From the human T2T-CHM13v2.0 reference genome, Homo sapiens, in assembly GCF_009914755.1 (NCBI RefSeq), contig NC_060934.1: a DNA stretch of 64,000 nt, one strand, 5' to 3'. Position 1 is the first letter of the stretch; each line of letters starts with the position of its first letter. The notes below the pieces were generated by a model. The model made no database searches and was not told the origin of the DNA. It worked only from the letters and a program-made list of their open reading frames with translations. Of the stretch, positions 59,089 through 64,000 are shown one piece after another. Both the position numbers and the translations under genes were made by a program.

Positions 59089-59098
59089 GTGAAATTGA
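58401..59098 (+). mobile_element. Inverted L1 ORF2 (RT region) segment, interrupted by Alu
   Basis: 'tagatgcagaagaagcatttggcaaaaatccaacatcc...aagacaaggatatccactctta...agagcaattaggcaag'. Confidence 0.85.
58767..59086 (+). mobile_element. AluJ-like with (CA)n tail of about 26 units
   Basis: Alu body ending 'actctgtctc' runs directly into CA repeats. Confidence 0.9.
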
Positions 59099-59200
59099 TC
59101 TTGGACTTCCTAGCCTTCAGAACTGTGAGATATAAATGTCAGTGGTTTAAATCTCCCAGTACGTGAATTTTTTTTTAGCAACTTCAGCTGATGAATGCAG
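59097..59200 (+). mobile_element. MLT1 LTR 3' fragment
   Basis: 'tgatcttggacttcctagccttcagaactgtgagatataaatg'. Confidence 0.75.
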
Positions 59201-60949
59201 TCCTATTCTTACACTGTGGCCTTTATCTGGTCTCTACAGAAAGGCCCACGGTGCCCTGTGATGTCTTTCCTCTCCACATGGCTGCACCAGAACTGCAGTG
59301 GCACTCAGCATCAGGTGGCCTCTAGTGTCTCCAGTTAGCTCCCAGGCCTGCTACAGTCCATCATCCCTGGCCTCACAGAAGCTCATCATGTGCATGTCTT
59401 TGGGCACCAATGGGAAATCTACACTGAGAACACTGTCACCCCTCTTTTGTGGAGCACCCTCTCTCAAGGGTCCTGCCTCACACATCCTAACTTTGCTGAC
59501 AGCGGAAACTCTGCACCCACATAAATGTCTCCTCAGCTCAGGGAAGGTGCTATGACCTTGATAGGCTCTGCCATCCTCTGCTGCAGTCAGGACAGCACCC
59601 CAGCCACAAAGCCAAGCCAGATGGGAGATGCACCTCACACAGTTTCCTTCTCCCTAGAATCACTGTCCTGCTCCACAGGAAAATTGTGACTTCGTATATT
59701 TTGTCCAGGCTGAGAGAAACCCAGTATCAGTTACTCAGTCAAGTCTGGCTACAGAAATGTGTCATTGGATTCTAACCCTCCTTTGGCTCCAATCCTTCTG
59801 GTGTCCATTTTTGCAAATTTATCCTTTTTTGTAATTTTATTAGTTTGATAGAAGAGAGATTCTGTACTCTGGTTTGTCTCTGCCATAGTCCACTAGATGA
59901 CTCTAATTATTATTTTAATAAGAAACGTTGATTGTATTTTATCAAGAGTATTATTTTCCATGCGTTCATAGAAAATGGCATCAAAGGTGTATACAATTTC
60001 ATTTCCAATTTATTTTGGTCAAAATCTATAGATATTGCTCGCCTTGATTTTTTAAAAATTTAATTATGTATAAACGTTTGAGAAACCTGCCTAATTTTGT
60101 TTTCTTACAGAGTACCTATTTTTGATGCCTGGCTGTTTATAGGATTTTTTCTTTACCACATAACATTTGTTTTTAAAGAATCTAGACATATACGTCTTTA
60201 TTAATTTTTTGGCAGATGATTAATCTTAACAACCTTCATATACCAATCTCCCTTTTACTTAGATAATGCTGAATCTATTAAATCTTTGACTATTGCTTTT
60301 TCTCAGATGTTTTTCTTTATATAGTTTAAACCCATGGCATATTTTTATATGTTATTGGTTCTTCAAGTTTTGTCCTTTAGGAGTTCTCTTGAGTGTTTTC
60401 TGTGCATTCTGATTCCGTGTTTAATGAATAAGTCTTGTTTGTGACTGTCTTCCACATAGATCTTCATTCTACTATTGACCTTTTGATTTCCTCAGGTATA
60501 CTTTCATCTCCATCTTCATTTCAACCGGATGACTTTTCATGTCTATATTTTACCTATTGTCAGCTGCATAGTTCTAAGCAGATAGGGACCTTGCTGTATA
60601 AGAGAAAGTGAAAATTTAAAGGCAATATAAATATAATAAATATAACAAAGTTAACAAAAATATACAGGTTATTATGCAGCAGACATACAATACGGGGTAA
60701 CTTGAAATAGAGAATGTCTCCCATTACAAGAAGTAGAGCTGGCATTTAAACAAATGGAAGAAAAGTTCCAGCTGAAGTTGTTCAGCGTACACTCGTTTTT
60801 GTTGCCTTGACAATTGGAGCTCCTAACACTTTAAGCATTGCAATAGCCAAGCCATGATTATGATCAGGCAAATAGAAAAGGAAAATGTAAATAAAGTAGA
60901 CAGTAATAAGTGACTGAACAATATGTTGTCTCGAGCTCCTTTGGGATTT

Positions 60950-61566
60950 TTATTTTTGTATGTGTCAACTTGGCTGAGCTACAGTCTCCAGTTATTTAAT
61001 CAAACACTAATCTAGGTGTTGCTGCTGGTATAATTAAAACCCCTAATCAATTGACTTTAAGTAAGTGAGATTATCCTGTATACTCTAGGTGGGCTTCATT
61101 CAATCAGTTATATACCTTAAAAGCAAGGCTCAAGTTTTTCCAAGAAGAAAATATTCTGCCTGTGGACAGTAGCTCATACACATGGCCATGAGTTTCAGTC
61201 TGCACAGGTATTCCCTTCTCCAGATGGCATTCTCTGTGGATTTCAGATGCTCACAATTGTTCTGTAAGCAAATTTCTTGCTATAATATCTGTGTGTGTGT
61301 GTCTCTGTCTCTCTCTTTTATATATGTGTGTGCATATATATGTGTGTGTATGTATATATACTATGTATAAATTTTATATGTACATTTATTTTGTATATAT
61401 AAAAATCAAGGTTATGCACCCGTCAGAATATATATACATACACACACACACACACGTATGTACTAATTTGTATCATATATTTCTGTGTATGTATATACAT
61501 ATATATGTGTGTTTGGGTGTGTGTGTACATAAAATGCTGCTTCTCTGGCTGAGCCTGTACTGATGT
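60950..61566 (+). mobile_element. ERVL MLT2 (D-like) LTR with internal TA/TG low-complexity tract (61290-61530)
   Basis: 'atgtgtcaacttggctgagctacagt...caaacactaatctaggtgttgct...aatcaattgactttaagtaa'. Confidence 0.8.
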
Positions 61567-62350
61567 CTCTATCTTAAAAAAAGATCTTGGGAGGAGGTAT
61601 TTGGTTAGATTTTTGGAAGAAGGAATGGTTGTTCTGCAGATAGTTGAGATTATGAGGGAAAAATTAGGATTCATAATGAAAGAACTAAATTATAAATTAT
61701 ACCTGCACACTCAATATCTTCTTGAGGACAGTATTTATTATTTCACCCCCTGACTTTGATGAAGCCCATGTAACTAATATAGCAATTGCTGGATCTATAC
61801 ATCGGCCTAGCTGGTGTTACATGAAAAAATGTTTTACAGGGAATAGGGCACTTAATGTTACAACACATTACTGCTTATTTTAAATGATGACACATCACAT
61901 AATGCAATAGCTTTCTTTTGACTACAGGAAACACTTCCATTTTTGTTGTTATAAATAATATGGGAAATGGTAGTCACTTGCACAGTGACTTCCCATGAGC
62001 CTTCTGTGCAATTTTTTGATGCATTAATGCTAGATTCGCTAACCTAAAACTTAATTCATGAGGCATGGTGGAATGAGCTCTAACTCTTATATTAATTGTC
62101 AAAATATGAGTTTGTATCATTAATTTTCAAAAGTTATTTAGAAATCCCCAGGGGTTCCAAGAAGCCCACACTGTAGCCATATTTTGTGAGCAATGAGTAG
62201 GGATCAAGCAGATCACTTCTATTGATGTAACTTGGAGGTTTGGGGTTAGACTTGAGTTTGAAGTCCAACTCTGCTGTTTATTACCAGGATGAACCATTTA
62301 GAAAACTATGTCACGGTATCATTATCTGCAAAAATGCACAAAATATTTTT

Positions 62351-62623
62351 ATTTTTACCAAGGCTGGAGCGCAGTGGTGTGATCTCCGCTCACTGCAGCC
62401 TTGACCTCCTGGGCTCAAGTGATCCTCCTACCCCAGCCTCCTGAGTAGCTGGGACTACAGGCATGACCCACTATGCCTGGGTAATTCTTTTTTTTTTAAG
62501 AGAAGGGGTTTATCCATGTTCCCCAGGTGGGTCTCACAAACTCTTGGGTTTAGCTAACCACCCGCCTTGGAATCCCAAAGTGCTGGAATTATAGGCATGA
62601 GCCACCACACACCACACCTGGCC
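62351..62623 (-). mobile_element. AluJ-like lacking about 20 nt at its 3' end
   Basis: TSD ac[a/g]aaatattttt at 62338-62350 and 62624-62636. Confidence 0.9.
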
Positions 62624-62795
62624 ACGAAATATTTTTCTAGATTCATGTGCTATATAGATTAAACACAACAGTACAGGCAAAGCTTTAAAATAAGTGAAAT
62701 ATATTCCCTTTGTTTTCTATAGGACTTCTATAAGCTTTTATTTGTAATGGAAAAGCTGTCTTTCTGATTCTAAAGTGACATTCATCTATGTAGAT

Positions 62796-63070
62796 TTTTT
62801 CTTTTTTTCCATACAGACTTTCGCTCTTGTTGCAGATCTCAGCTCATTGAAACCTCCGCCTCCTGGGTTCAAGTGATTCTCCTGTCTCAGCCTCCCAAGT
62901 AGCTGCGATTATGGTATAAGCCACCATGCCTGGCTAATTTTTGTATTTTTAGTAGAGACAGGGTTTCACCATATTGGCCAGGTTGGTCTCAAACTCCTGA
63001 CCTCATGGGATCCACCCACCTCGGCCTCCCAAAGTGCTGGGATTACAGGCATGAGCCACTGCAACCGGCC
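62796..63070 (-). mobile_element. AluS with short internal deletion
   Basis: TSD ctatgtagat at 62786-62795 and 63071-63080. Confidence 0.9.
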
Positions 63071-63808
63071 CTATGTAGATCTCTATCATGTGGCAAATCT
63101 GTCCATTTTTCCTGTGTTTTGTGTTTTCCTGATATTCCTTCAGTGGGTATTAGGATCACATACATAATATTTCAAAGTTACAGTGGTGCATCCAAGATAG
63201 CTTTAGGCTCTTCCAAACTCTTGAGAGAAGAGTAAAAGGAAGAGAGCAAGGGAGGAAACAGAGAGGTAAATTAGTGACACAATAACAATAAATATTTTCT
63301 CCATAAAGCAGAGAGAGCCCCACTTCTCTGTTGTTATCAGGGCCGTGATGAATAATCTTTGGCCATATTATAGAAGATAAATAGAGGTCTCATTTCCTCT
63401 TGAGAACTAACTACATAGGTTGACATCAGAGGGATTTGCTGGATCTGCATGAGAGAGAATTTCCAAGCCTGTTTATTTTTAAGCTGTTTATGCAAAGCGA
63501 AGGTGATGTGTTCATCAGGATAGTGAGGCATGCTGCGTTAAGGCAAGGCACAAAGTTGCCGCAGCTCACAGTAGCAAAATTTGCTTTCTTGCTCTTGCTC
63601 TTCTTTCCCATGCATACGTTCTAGGGCAAGGAGATTCTACGTGGTGGCTCCCAGTCATTCTCTTTATGAACAAATACAGGCACAGTCTCCAAAGTAGGAG
63701 AGAAAGATGGAGACTTACTCACCATCTCCCGTATTTCATAGTGAATATGGCTCACAGAACACTTAACCTCAAGGGACCAGGGAAGGGCAATCTTGTATGT
63801 CCACAAGG

Positions 63809-64000
63809 CACTGAATACTGTGGGCAATTGTAACACAATGGTAAATATTTGTGTATCTAAACACAGAAAACGGGTTAGTAAAAATATAGTATAAAAGATA
63901 AAAAATGGTACACCTGTACAAGGCACTCACCATGAATGGAGCTTGCAGGACTGGACGTTGCCGTGGGTGAGTCAGTGAGTGAGTAGTGAGAGAATCGGAA
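63809..64000 (+). mobile_element. Tigger3/MER7-family DNA transposon fragment (runs off window)
   Basis: 'actgaatactgtgggcaattgtaacacaatggtaaatatttgtgtatctaaaca...catgaatggagcttgcaggactgga...gggtgagtcagtgagtgag'. Confidence 0.85.

Overview
AT-rich primate (human-like) non-coding genomic DNA dominated by interspersed repeats. It holds about 17 Alu/Alu-monomer copies, many old (L1M) and young (L1PA) LINE-1 pieces, MaLR/ERV solo LTRs (MLT1, MST, THE1, MER41A, MLT2, LTR16- and LTR41/52-like), DNA-transposon fossils (MER2, MADE1, MER5A, Tigger3), a Y3 RNA retropseudogene and a 48-unit 15-bp minisatellite. I find no supportable protein-coding gene: the longer ORFs come from Alu, L1 or the minisatellite. 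I do not see a convincing new biological system. The most notable structures are: (1) a near full-length ancient L1 (19981-29805) nested in an older L1, with a 5'UTR deletion that looks like a splice; (2) an ORF1-only L1 and an L1PA with a probable 3' transduction, both inserted inside that element; (3) a roughly 830-bp foreign segment lodged in an L1 (37877-38706); and (4) the minisatellite, which keeps 4 of 6 frames open and shows higher-order unit structure. Subfamily names come from recalled consensus sequences and need RepeatMasker/Dfam confirmation. Boundaries without a target-site duplication (TSD) are approximate.
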